Source of the DNA: a virus
Lineage: Duplodnaviria; Caudoviricetes
DNA length: 28,639 bases
Reading direction: 5' to 3' (one strand)
IMG/VR virus record: IMGVR_UViG_3300048670_000080
Location: 1-28,639 of that record
The notes under the pieces were generated by a model. It made no database searches. It saw only the letters and a program-made list of their open reading frames with translations, and was not told the origin of the DNA. Each line of letters starts with the position of its first letter. Positions within the stretch are counted from its first letter, which is position 1. This document shows positions 1 to 7,401 of the stretch, piece after piece. A program made the position numbers and the translations under genes.

Positions 1-2
1 CA

Positions 3-37
3 AGTATTGACTTCAAAACTAATTTGATTTAAATACA
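3..37. promoter_or_regulatory. Tandem palindromic operator-like pair
   Basis: AGTATTGA-CT-TCAAAACT (3-20) and TAATTTGA-TT-TAAATACA (20-37). Similar pairs at 4512/4529 and 4753/4770. Confidence 0.55.
7..35 (+). promoter_or_regulatory. Candidate host sigma70 early promoter
   Basis: TTGACT (7-12), 17-nt spacer, TAAATA (30-35), upstream of ORF63/MarR/integrase. Confidence 0.45.
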
Positions 38-62
38 AACTATTAATAAAAATTATACCAAC

Positions 63-257
63 ATGAAAACAGATATAGCAGAGGTTGTCAGCACAATCAT
101 AATTAACTGGGGATATTGGGTTTACAGTTTTGAAAAATTTAACAAAAAGGTTCACATACCAGAACAACAATTATCTTGTTTTTCTTTTAACAATTATCTA
201 ATTACTGTTGAAAAAAATAAAGAGTTTAAGTTAAAGCCACAAGTCAATGTCTACTAA
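63..257 (+). CDS. Hypothetical early protein (64 aa)
   Basis: ORF on the coding strand filling the space between the promoter and the regulator; no recognisable motif. Confidence 0.6.
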   Translation: MKTDIAEVVSTIIINWGYWVYSFEKFNKKVHIPEQQLSCFSFNNYLITVEKNKEFKLKPQVNVY

Positions 258-275
258 TATTAAATGAAAGGGTAA

Positions 276-656
276 ATGATAAATAAAGTTGATAGGGAAA
301 GTTATCAACCAGCACAATTAAATTTAACACAACTTGTTAAAATTAAAAAAGCTTGTGATAAATTTATGGAGTTAGACACTACAATAGGTGCTCTAACTAT
401 AAATATTTTTGTTTGTGTAGCCATGCAGGAAGGGTTATCTAATATGGATTTATCTCAATTGCTTGGAGTAACTAAAACAAGAATATCACTACATTTTCAT
501 CTTCTGTGCACACACCCCAGAAGTAGAAAAGACAGTAAAGGCCTAAATTTGTTAAGAACTGAAATCGATGAAAAAGATTTTAGAGTTAAAAGATTTTACT
601 TAACAAACAAGGGAAATAAGCTTAAAGAGGAACTTAACGAATTGTTGGGGGGATAA
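276..656 (+). CDS. MarR-family winged-helix transcriptional regulator
   Basis: HTH segment LSNMDLSQLLGVTKTRIS and wing motif DEKDFRVKRFYLTNKG (DxRx(4)LTxxG type); lies directly upstream of the integrase. Confidence 0.85.
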   Translation: MINKVDRESYQPAQLNLTQLVKIKKACDKFMELDTTIGALTINIFVCVAMQEGLSNMDLSQLLGVTKTRISLHFHLLCTHPRSRKDSKGLNLLRTEIDEKDFRVKRFYLTNKGNKLKEELNELLGG

Positions 657-677
657 CCTTAAATGAGGAGGAAATCC

Positions 678-1535
678 ATGCTCAACACTAAAGTAACTCT
701 AAAAGAAGCAATAGAGAAAGTTTGGATTATGGAATGGTCTAGTCAAAAAGATGGGAAAAACAGTCTTAGAAATATGGACGTTTTTTCTAAATGGTTTGGC
801 ATAGATCAAACTGTAAACAACGTCTCTACAGAAACTGTAAGGGAGTTTAAATTTTATTGTAAAGATAAACTTACTTACACAAAAGGAACTACAAATAGAA
901 AACTTGCAGCACTTTCTAAAATATTAACTTATTCTAAAGGTGTTAGAGGTTTTCAATTTGAGTGGGGAACGCCTATGATCGAGTATGAACGTGAAAACAA
1001 TAAAAGAGAATTTGTTTTTACAGATGATATGGAAAAAAAATTAATTACCACATCACACATGCTCGGTTACAAGGATAAATGCGATCTGTGGATTTGTTTA
1101 CTTGAAACGGGTTGCAGACTTTCCGAGTGGCTTAATGCCAAATGGGAAGATATAGACGACAGTTTCGTTTATTTTAACGATACTAAAAATGGGGACAATA
1201 GATACGTACCTATTTTTGATAAAGTTAAAGACATCTTGAATAAACGAAAACAAAGAGGTTTTGAAAGGCCTTTTCCTTATAGTCTTTCATCAGTAGAAAA
1301 TACTTGGAAGAAGATTAGGAAAGCTATGGGTATGCAAGACGAGAAGGATTTTGTAATTCACTCGTTAAGGCACACTTTCATAACAAGACTTCTAAGAAGA
1401 AAGGTAGGTATTGACGTGGTTCAGAAAGTTGTCGGTCATAAAGACATCAGGATGACACAGCGATACAACCATCCTACAAAGGATGATCTTAGAGATGCAG
1501 TTAAAGAGGTAAGGCTAAAACAACTGGTTAGTTGA
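678..1535 (+). CDS. int: Tyrosine recombinase / phage integrase
   Basis: Catalytic motifs TGCRLSE (R), TKNG (K), HSLRH (HxxR), GHKDIRMTQRY (H, Y). AGGAGG at 666-671 favours ATG 678 over 663. Confidence 0.95.
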   Translation: MLNTKVTLKEAIEKVWIMEWSSQKDGKNSLRNMDVFSKWFGIDQTVNNVSTETVREFKFYCKDKLTYTKGTTNRKLAALSKILTYSKGVRGFQFEWGTPMIEYERENNKREFVFTDDMEKKLITTSHMLGYKDKCDLWICLLETGCRLSEWLNAKWEDIDDSFVYFNDTKNGDNRYVPIFDKVKDILNKRKQRGFERPFPYSLSSVENTWKKIRKAMGMQDEKDFVIHSLRHTFITRLLRRKVGIDVVQKVVGHKDIRMTQRYNHPTKDDLRDAVKEVRLKQLVS

Positions 1536-1553
1536 TTGCAGGCGGGTAATTAA

Positions 1554-1594
1554 GCCCTCGTGGTGGAACGGTAGACACAAAGGACTTAAAATCC
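1554..1594 (+). other. attP core: 5' half of tRNA-Leu(UAA)
   Basis: GCCCTCG TG GTGGAACGGTAGACAC A AAGGA CTTAAAA TCC gives the 5' acceptor strand, D-arm and anticodon arm with TAA at 1587-1589. Similarity stops within the 3' anticodon stem; no T-arm. Lies 18 bp after the integrase stop. Confidence 0.9.
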
Positions 1595-1633
1595 AATTGA
1601 CATCAAATAACCCTCAACAATTCGGAGTTATTT

Positions 1634-1867
1634 ATGTTACACAGACAAAAAAGTAGAAAGTCGTTTAATACAAAACATTTTGGCAGACATGCAGAAGTTC
1701 CTGCGAAGCTCAGCCAGGATTACACCGCAAGCGTGATTATATGTTCAAATTGTAAAGGAAATGGATATAAGTTTGCGGTCTTAGATTTGAGTGACTTCAG
1801 TAGATGTAAAATTACAACCTGTGAATCTTGTCAAGGAGCTGGTGAATATAAAAATCAGATAAATTAG
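1634..1867 (+). CDS. DnaJ-type zinc-finger small protein
   Basis: Two CxxCxGxG motifs (CSNCKGNG, CESCQGAG); GGAG RBS at 1624-1627. Confidence 0.8.
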   Translation: MLHRQKSRKSFNTKHFGRHAEVPAKLSQDYTASVIICSNCKGNGYKFAVLDLSDFSRCKITTCESCQGAGEYKNQIN

Positions 1868-1884
1868 CAGAGGTTTGCGGTCTT
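1771..1884 (+). repeat. 12-bp direct repeat GTTTGCGGTCTT (1771-1782, 1873-1884); candidate integrase arm-type sites
   Basis: Exact 12-mer repeat near attP, plus an inverted TTGCGGT at 1724-1730. Confidence 0.45.
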
Positions 1885-1894
1885 GTTAAAAGTA

Positions 1895-2050
1895 ATGATA
1901 GTTATTGTTTATTTTTCTTCAGGAATAACTGTGGTTGAAAAAACTTCAATTAACAATGGCTGTGCTGAAGTTGCCTCTAAAATAGTAAGTCAAATGAAAA
2001 CAGATAAACCAAAAATGGTTTATTGCACTAAGGATTGGATATGGAAATAA
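1895..2050 (+). CDS. Small protein (51 aa) with hydrophobic N-terminus and two Cys; not in the ORF track
   Basis: Reads MIVIVYFSSGITVVEKTSINNGCAEVASKIVSQMKTDKPKMVYCTKDWIWK. An in-frame TTG at 1883 follows GAGG. The stop overlaps the RNAP start. Confidence 0.6.
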   Translation: MIVIVYFSSGITVVEKTSINNGCAEVASKIVSQMKTDKPKMVYCTKDWIWK

Positions 2051-4509
2051 ATCAAGATCAGTTATACAATTTAGAATTAGAATTAGAAGGACAGGGCATG
2101 ATTGGTGCTGGTGCCGCTAGATTTAATAGAAATTTAAAAAAGAATTTAGAAAGAGGTAGACAGTCAGTAACGCCAGCTTATGTTTATTTACAAAAAGAAT
2201 TAATATTACCGTTATCTTTAGCAATAGATAATTTTGTAGATGAGTCTTATTCAGGAAAAGCAGGAGTTAGAAAAACAGCCGCAGAACCATTAAAAGATTT
2301 AAGCGACAGTAAAAAGGTAGCTTTGTTAACTATAAAATTAGCAATAGACGGTATATCTTTAAATAAAACCTTAGTTCACATTGCAAACAACATAGGTTCT
2401 ATGATTGAACTTGAAGTACATTCTAAGCAATTTAAAAACACATTGCCAAATCTCTATACAAAAATAATGAGAGATTTAATGAAAAGAACTAAAAATATAA
2501 AACACAGACAAAAAGTTTTTTCACACACATTAAAAAAATACCAAGTTCAAGTAGACAATTGGGATGCTCCTAAAAAAGTTTTAGTAGGAAACCAACTTAT
2601 TGATTTATTAATTACACACACAGGATTGTGTGAAGTTAAGATGTTTAATGTAGGAAGATTTAAGACCGTAAACCATTTAGTTTTTAAGCCAGAAATTTTA
2701 AAAAAAATAGACGAAAAGAATTTTGCGTGTTCCGTTCTTAGTCCTTATTACAAACCTATGATTATAAAACCTAGGGAGTGGAAAAATTCTCCGTTTAATG
2801 GTGGTTACATTAGCGAATATTTGTCTAAACAACCATTAGTTAAAACTAATGATTTTAATTATTTAAACACATTAAAAGATCAGTCAGTTCATAATGTTTA
2901 TGAAGCTGTAAACCACATTCAAAATGTACCATTTCAAATTGATCATAAAATGGTCAAGGTATATTTAGAAATTTGGGATAAAGGTTTAAGTCTAGGACAA
3001 TTCCCAGAAAGAGAAAGTTTATTAGATCCAAGTGGAGTTCCTAAAAATGTATTTAGAGATCCTAGAGTAGATACTGATAAAGAATTATTAATAAAATTTA
3101 AAAGAGATAGGACAGCAGTACACCAAGAAGAACTTGCAAGAGTATCACAAGTTTTAACCTGTGAAATTACTAAAAGTATTTTAGAGGAGTATCAAAAGTT
3201 TGAACAATTTTATTTTGTTTTGTTCTTAGACAAAAGAGGTAGAATTTATTGTATGAGTACAATTTTTGATTATCAATCAGATCAGAAAATTAAATCTTTA
3301 ATCACTTTTAAAAATGGAGAAAGACTTGGACATCGTGGGAAGTATTGGTTGTATGTTCACACCGCAAATTGTTTTGGTTTTGACAAGGTTTCTTTTGATG
3401 AAAGATACGCTTGGACTGAACAAAGGTTGAAAGAAATTTGTAGTTATTCAGAAAATCCATTCGAAAATACAGGGTGGAATGAAGCAGATAAACCAATGCT
3501 TTTTTTACAAGCTTGCCATCACGTTAAGCAAGTTCAAATTCAAGGTGTTGAATATATATGTAATTTACCTGTGGCTATGGACGCTACCTGTTCAGGACTT
3601 CAATTACTAAGTATTATATGCAGAGATGAGACAACCGCCAGCATGGTGAACGTCCTTCCATCAGTTAGACCGCAAAGTATTTACAGTATACTAGCAAAAC
3701 AAGTAGAAGATGATGTCAAGAAGCATGCTGCAGATGGTGATGCGGCAGCGAACCGTTGGCTTCAATTTGGAATTGACCGATCTATTGTAAAACGTAATGT
3801 AATGACATATTTTTACGGTCTAAAACCATTCGGAGCTCGTCAGCAGATTTTTGATGAGTATAAATCTCAAATAAAGTTAGGTAAGCCTAAATGTTTATTG
3901 GATGACGGCTTTCAAGATTGTAAATGGTTATCAGCAATTGTTTGGAAGCATCTACAAACTTCGTTAGATTTAGTAAGTTCATTAATGATTTGGTTGCAAC
4001 AAACAGCTAAATTATTTTCTAAATATAACTTAGAAATTAAATGGACTTCCCCTATGGGATTTCCAGTAGTTCAAGACTATAGATATTTCCAAAAGTATAG
4101 AGTTAAAACTTCTATAGCTGGTTCTCTTGTTTATACAACGCTAAGAAAGCAAATGATAAAAAAAGATAGTTTAAAAAACCAATCAGCTATATCAGCAAAT
4201 TTAACACACAGTTTGGATGCGGCCTTAGCTATGGGAGTTGCTTTGTATTGTAAGCACGATGCTCAACCAATTCCTAATTTATTAATGGTGCATGATAGTT
4301 TTGCAACAACACCAAACAGAATAGATCAATTGCATTATATAATTAGAAAAGTTGCTGTTGATATATTTAAAGAAGATTATTTAGGTAAACTTTATGAAAA
4401 TTTTAAAAATCAATTACCAGATGAAGCTAAGGATCAGCTGACGAAGCCACCAGAGCGTGGGGCATTGGATATATCTAAAATTGAACAAAGCACTTATTTC
4501 TTTAACTAA
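2041..4509 (+). CDS. gp1: T7-like single-subunit DNA-dependent RNA polymerase
   Basis: Motif A DATCSGLQ, motif B RSIVKRNVMTYFYG, motif C VHDSF, DKRGRIY, C-terminal YFFN. AAGGA RBS precedes ATG 2041. Confidence 0.98.
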   Translation: MEINQDQLYNLELELEGQGMIGAGAARFNRNLKKNLERGRQSVTPAYVYLQKELILPLSLAIDNFVDESYSGKAGVRKTAAEPLKDLSDSKKVALLTIKLAIDGISLNKTLVHIANNIGSMIELEVHSKQFKNTLPNLYTKIMRDLMKRTKNIKHRQKVFSHTLKKYQVQVDNWDAPKKVLVGNQLIDLLITHTGLCEVKMFNVGRFKTVNHLVFKPEILKKIDEKNFACSVLSPYYKPMIIKPREWKNSPFNGGYISEYLSKQPLVKTNDFNYLNTLKDQSVHNVYEAVNHIQNVPFQIDHKMVKVYLEIWDKGLSLGQFPERESLLDPSGVPKNVFRDPRVDTDKELLIKFKRDRTAVHQEELARVSQVLTCEITKSILEEYQKFEQFYFVLFLDKRGRIYCMSTIFDYQSDQKIKSLITFKNGERLGHRGKYWLYVHTANCFGFDKVSFDERYAWTEQRLKEICSYSENPFENTGWNEADKPMLFLQACHHVKQVQIQGVEYICNLPVAMDATCSGLQLLSIICRDETTASMVNVLPSVRPQSIYSILAKQVEDDVKKHAADGDAAANRWLQFGIDRSIVKRNVMTYFYGLKPFGARQQIFDEYKSQIKLGKPKCLLDDGFQDCKWLSAIVWKHLQTSLDLVSSLMIWLQQTAKLFSKYNLEIKWTSPMGFPVVQDYRYFQKYRVKTSIAGSLVYTTLRKQMIKKDSLKNQSAISANLTHSLDAALAMGVALYCKHDAQPIPNLLMVHDSFATTPNRIDQLHYIIRKVAVDIFKEDYLGKLYENFKNQLPDEAKDQLTKPPERGALDISKIEQSTYFFN

Positions 4510-4510
4510 T

Positions 4511-4548
4511 TAGTATCGATATTAAAACAGTATTAAAAACGAAAGGAG
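4511..4548 (+). repeat. Copy 1 of a 38-bp direct repeat (operator-like pair plus RBS)
   Basis: tagtatcgatattaaaacagtattaaaaacgaaaggag; 30/38 identical to 4752-4789. Confidence 0.75.
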
Positions 4549-4553
4549 ATAAC

Positions 4554-4730
4554 ATGGACAGTAAATACATACTTGATAATTTTAGAAAGGAGGTTACGGA
4601 AAGAATACGAAAACGAGAAAAGTTAAATAAAATATTTTGGTCTACCGCATGGATTGTTTTAATATCGTTCATGACAATAATGATCTTAATTTTTATCTAT
4701 ATAGCAATATGCAATTACTTATACCTTTAA
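4554..4730 (+). CDS. Small single-pass membrane protein (58 aa); not in the ORF track
   Basis: AGGAG RBS at 4544-4548. Reads MDSKYILDNFRKEVTERIRKREKLNKIFWSTAWIVLISFMTIMILIFIYIAICNYLYL: basic N-terminus, hydrophobic C-terminal helix. Confidence 0.8.
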   Translation: MDSKYILDNFRKEVTERIRKREKLNKIFWSTAWIVLISFMTIMILIFIYIAICNYLYL

Positions 4731-4751
4731 TATTGATTTCTCAGTTATTAA

Positions 4752-4789
4752 TAGTATTGATATTAATACTGTACTGATATCAAAAGGAG
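4752..4789 (+). repeat. Copy 2 of the 38-bp direct repeat
   Basis: tagtattgatattaatactgtactgatatcaaaaggag; contains the near-perfect palindrome AGTATTGATATTAATACT (4753-4770). Confidence 0.75.
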
Positions 4790-4796
4790 TACGAAC

Positions 4797-4813
4797 CTGG
4801 GAACTCTCTTGGA
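4797..4813 (+). promoter_or_regulatory. Candidate phage RNAP promoter for the replication module
   Basis: CTGGGAACTCTCTTGGA shares GG-N3-CTCTCTTGGA with 11499-11515. Confidence 0.45.
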
Positions 4814-4836
4814 GGACTCAAACATAAAAATAAAAC

Positions 4837-5430
4837 ATGGAAAATAAAATAAAAACAATAACAACAGAAGTTGGTGTATTAAATTACCCACATTTATGTA
4901 AACCTGATACAAAATTTAATGCTGACGGTTTATACCACGCTAAATTAGTTTTAGCGGACGCTCACAGTAAATCAATTATTGATGAAATTGAGGAAGCGTT
5001 AAAATTATTAAATGCAAAAAAACATAGTTCATTTAAACCTTATAAAAAAGTTGAGGGTGGCTATGAATTTTCATTTAAATTAAAAGCTAAGATAGCTAGC
5101 AAGTCTGGAGTTGTCTACGAACAAAAACCAAAACTTTTTGACTCAAAAGGAAACCTAATTACTGATAATAATTTTTCAGTATGGGGTGGTAGTAAAGGAA
5201 AAGTTGCGTTTCAAATTTACACTTACACAAATAACATGCTTGGTTCAGGTGTTACTTTGAAATTAAAAGCAGTTCAAATAATTGAGTTAGTTCAAGGCAA
5301 GACTAAAGATAGTTCTGAGTCTTATGGGTTTTCATCTGAAGATGGTTATGAAGTAATTATTCCTAAAGAATTACCAGCCGCAGTTGCTAAAAACAAAACT
5401 GTAGTTGCTGATGAAAAATTCGACTTTTAA
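4837..5430 (+). CDS. gp2.5: Single-stranded DNA-binding protein (T7 gp2.5-like)
   Basis: YPHLCKPDTKF, VWGGSKGKVAF, GVTLKLKAVQIIEL; acidic tail ending DF. Confidence 0.93.
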   Translation: MENKIKTITTEVGVLNYPHLCKPDTKFNADGLYHAKLVLADAHSKSIIDEIEEALKLLNAKKHSSFKPYKKVEGGYEFSFKLKAKIASKSGVVYEQKPKLFDSKGNLITDNNFSVWGGSKGKVAFQIYTYTNNMLGSGVTLKLKAVQIIELVQGKTKDSSESYGFSSEDGYEVIIPKELPAAVAKNKTVVADEKFDF

Positions 5431-5782
5431 ATTTCGTAGCGGTTTAGAAGCTACAGTAGCAAAGGATTTATCTGAAAGGAAAATTAAATTTAAATACGAA
5501 GAAACTACGGTTGAATATTTTAAGCCTACTACGAAACATAAATATAAACCAGATATTGAATTAGAAAATGGAATTTTTATTGAAGTCAAAGGTTTTTGGA
5601 AATTATCCGATCGTCAAAAACATTTACTTCTTAAAAGTCAACATCCTGAGATTGATATACGATTTGTTTTTGGAAATTCTAAAAACAGAATTTATAAAAA
5701 TTCTAAAACAACGTACGCAGATTTTTGCAACAAGCACGGTATTAAGTTTGCAGATAAATTAGTGCCTAAAGATTGGATTTAA
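5411..5782 (+). CDS. gp3: Endonuclease I / Holliday junction resolvase (T7 gp3-like)
   Basis: FRSGLEATVA, YKPDI, IEVKG, DIRFVF, TTYADFC; ATG at 5411. Confidence 0.95.
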   Translation: MKNSTFKFRSGLEATVAKDLSERKIKFKYEETTVEYFKPTTKHKYKPDIELENGIFIEVKGFWKLSDRQKHLLLKSQHPEIDIRFVFGNSKNRIYKNSKTTYADFCNKHGIKFADKLVPKDWI

Positions 5783-5802
5783 AATTAATTATGGGAGAAT
5801 TG

Positions 5803-7401
5803 ATGTTAAAAGATGAAAATAGTAATAGCACGTTTGTTAGACACATGCCTTGTAGCGTTTGTGGTTCTTCCGATGGCAATTCTTTATATTCTGATAATCA
5901 TACTTTTTGCTTTGTATGTAACACTCATGTTAATGACGCAAAAAATATTGAAACTAAAACTCAAACTGCACCATCGTTTAATTTTATTCAAGGCACGCAT
6001 CAGAGTTTATCTTCAAGAAAAATTACGTTAGACACTTGTAAAAAGTGGAATTACACAATCGGCACATACAACAATGAAGCAGTACAAGTAGCAAATTACT
6101 ATAATAAAAATAAACAAATATGTTTTCAAAAAGTAAGATTTAAAAATAAAGATTTTAGAACTGTAGGAAACATAGACGAAGCAACACTGTTTGGACAAAA
6201 CTTATGGCAGCCAAATGGTAAAATGATTTGTATTACTGAGGGTGAAATAGATGCTCTTTCATTAAGTCAAATATTAAATTTAAAATACCCTGTAGTTTCA
6301 ATTCCGAACGGTACAGCAGGATCAGTTAAAGCAATTAAAAAGAATTTAGAATATTTAGAAAGCTTTGAACAAGTAGTTATTTTTTTCGATCAAGACGATC
6401 AAGGTGTTCAAGCAAGTAAAGAATGTGCAGAATTATTTACAGTAGGTAAATGTAAAATAGCATCACTTTCTTTAAAGGATGTTAATGAAATGCTTGTAGC
6501 AGGAAGAACAGAAGAAGTAGTTAAAGCTATGTGGCAAGCCAAACCCTACAGGCCCGATGGAATTATCGCAGGCACTGATCTTTGGGACTTAGTAAAAAAA
6601 CCAAATGAAAAAGCATCAGCATTTTATCCTTTTGACTCTTTAAATAAAAAACTTTTTGGTTTAAGGAAAAGAGAAATTGTAACTATCTGTGGTGGTTCAG
6701 GAATTGGAAAAACTTTAGTAACTAAGCAGGTAGCTTTACATTTAATAAACACAAATCATAAAGTTGGAATTATATCTTTAGAAGAAAGTTTAAAAAGAAC
6801 TTGTGAGGGTATTATTGGATTACATTTACAAAAACCAATTCACATTAACAGAGATAATTTAAGTGATGCTGAATTAGAAAAAGGTTATAGGGAAACTATA
6901 GGTAATGGAAAAGTATTTTTATACGATCATTGGGGAAGTATAGAAGAAGATACAATTTTAAGTAAAATTAAATTTTTTGCTACTGGATTAGATTGTGAAT
7001 TTTTAATTATAGATCACATCAGCATCATTGTAAGCGGTTTAGAAACTTACGATGAAAGAAAAACAATAGACATGCTGATGACTAAGATTAGAAAATTAGC
7101 AGAACAATTAAACATAGGTATAATTTTAGTTAGTCATTTAAAAAGACCAGAAGGAAATAAAGATCACACTGATGGTTTAAAAACTTCTTTAGGACACCTT
7201 AGAGGGTCAGCAAGTATAAGTCAGTTAAGTGATATTGTATTAGGTGTTGAGAGATCAACTTCGGAAGAGACACAAAAGAATTTAGCATTTATTAGAATTT
7301 TAAAAAATAGATTTGCTGGCATAACAGGCAAAGGATGTACTTTAAAATATGATTCACTAACAGGAGTGTTAACAGAATATGAAACAGACCTTAATTTTTG
7401 A
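5803..7401 (+). CDS. gp4: DNA primase/helicase (T7 gp4-like)
   Basis: Zn ribbon CSVC...CFVC, TOPRIM TEGEIDA and FDQD, Walker A GGSGIGKT, IIDHI, LRGS, KNRFAG. GGAG precedes ATG 5803 (5791 is an alternative start). Confidence 0.97.
   Translation: MLKDENSNSTFVRHMPCSVCGSSDGNSLYSDNHTFCFVCNTHVNDAKNIETKTQTAPSFNFIQGTHQSLSSRKITLDTCKKWNYTIGTYNNEAVQVANYYNKNKQICFQKVRFKNKDFRTVGNIDEATLFGQNLWQPNGKMICITEGEIDALSLSQILNLKYPVVSIPNGTAGSVKAIKKNLEYLESFEQVVIFFDQDDQGVQASKECAELFTVGKCKIASLSLKDVNEMLVAGRTEEVVKAMWQAKPYRPDGIIAGTDLWDLVKKPNEKASAFYPFDSLNKKLFGLRKREIVTICGGSGIGKTLVTKQVALHLINTNHKVGIISLEESLKRTCEGIIGLHLQKPIHINRDNLSDAELEKGYRETIGNGKVFLYDHWGSIEEDTILSKIKFFATGLDCEFLIIDHISIIVSGLETYDERKTIDMLMTKIRKLAEQLNIGIILVSHLKRPEGNKDHTDGLKTSLGHLRGSASISQLSDIVLGVERSTSEETQKNLAFIRILKNRFAGITGKGCTLKYDSLTGVLTEYETDLNF

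Noticed and set aside
1597-1625. Sigma70 promoter from TTGACA at 1597
   Set aside because: No acceptable -10 hexamer at 16-18 nt spacing.
1554-1640. Complete phage-encoded tRNA-Leu
   Set aside because: No variable arm, T-arm (GTTCRA) or 3' acceptor strand; similarity ends at 1594, so it is treated as an att core.
5136-5148. Palindrome TTTTGA-C-TCAAAA as another operator
   Set aside because: One-nucleotide spacer rather than two, located within the SSB coding sequence, and has no tandem partner.
5568-6031. Plus-strand ORFs 5568-5762 and 5813-6031
   Set aside because: Alternate-frame shadows inside endonuclease I and primase/helicase, with no supporting RBS or motif. An overlapping gene cannot be wholly excluded.
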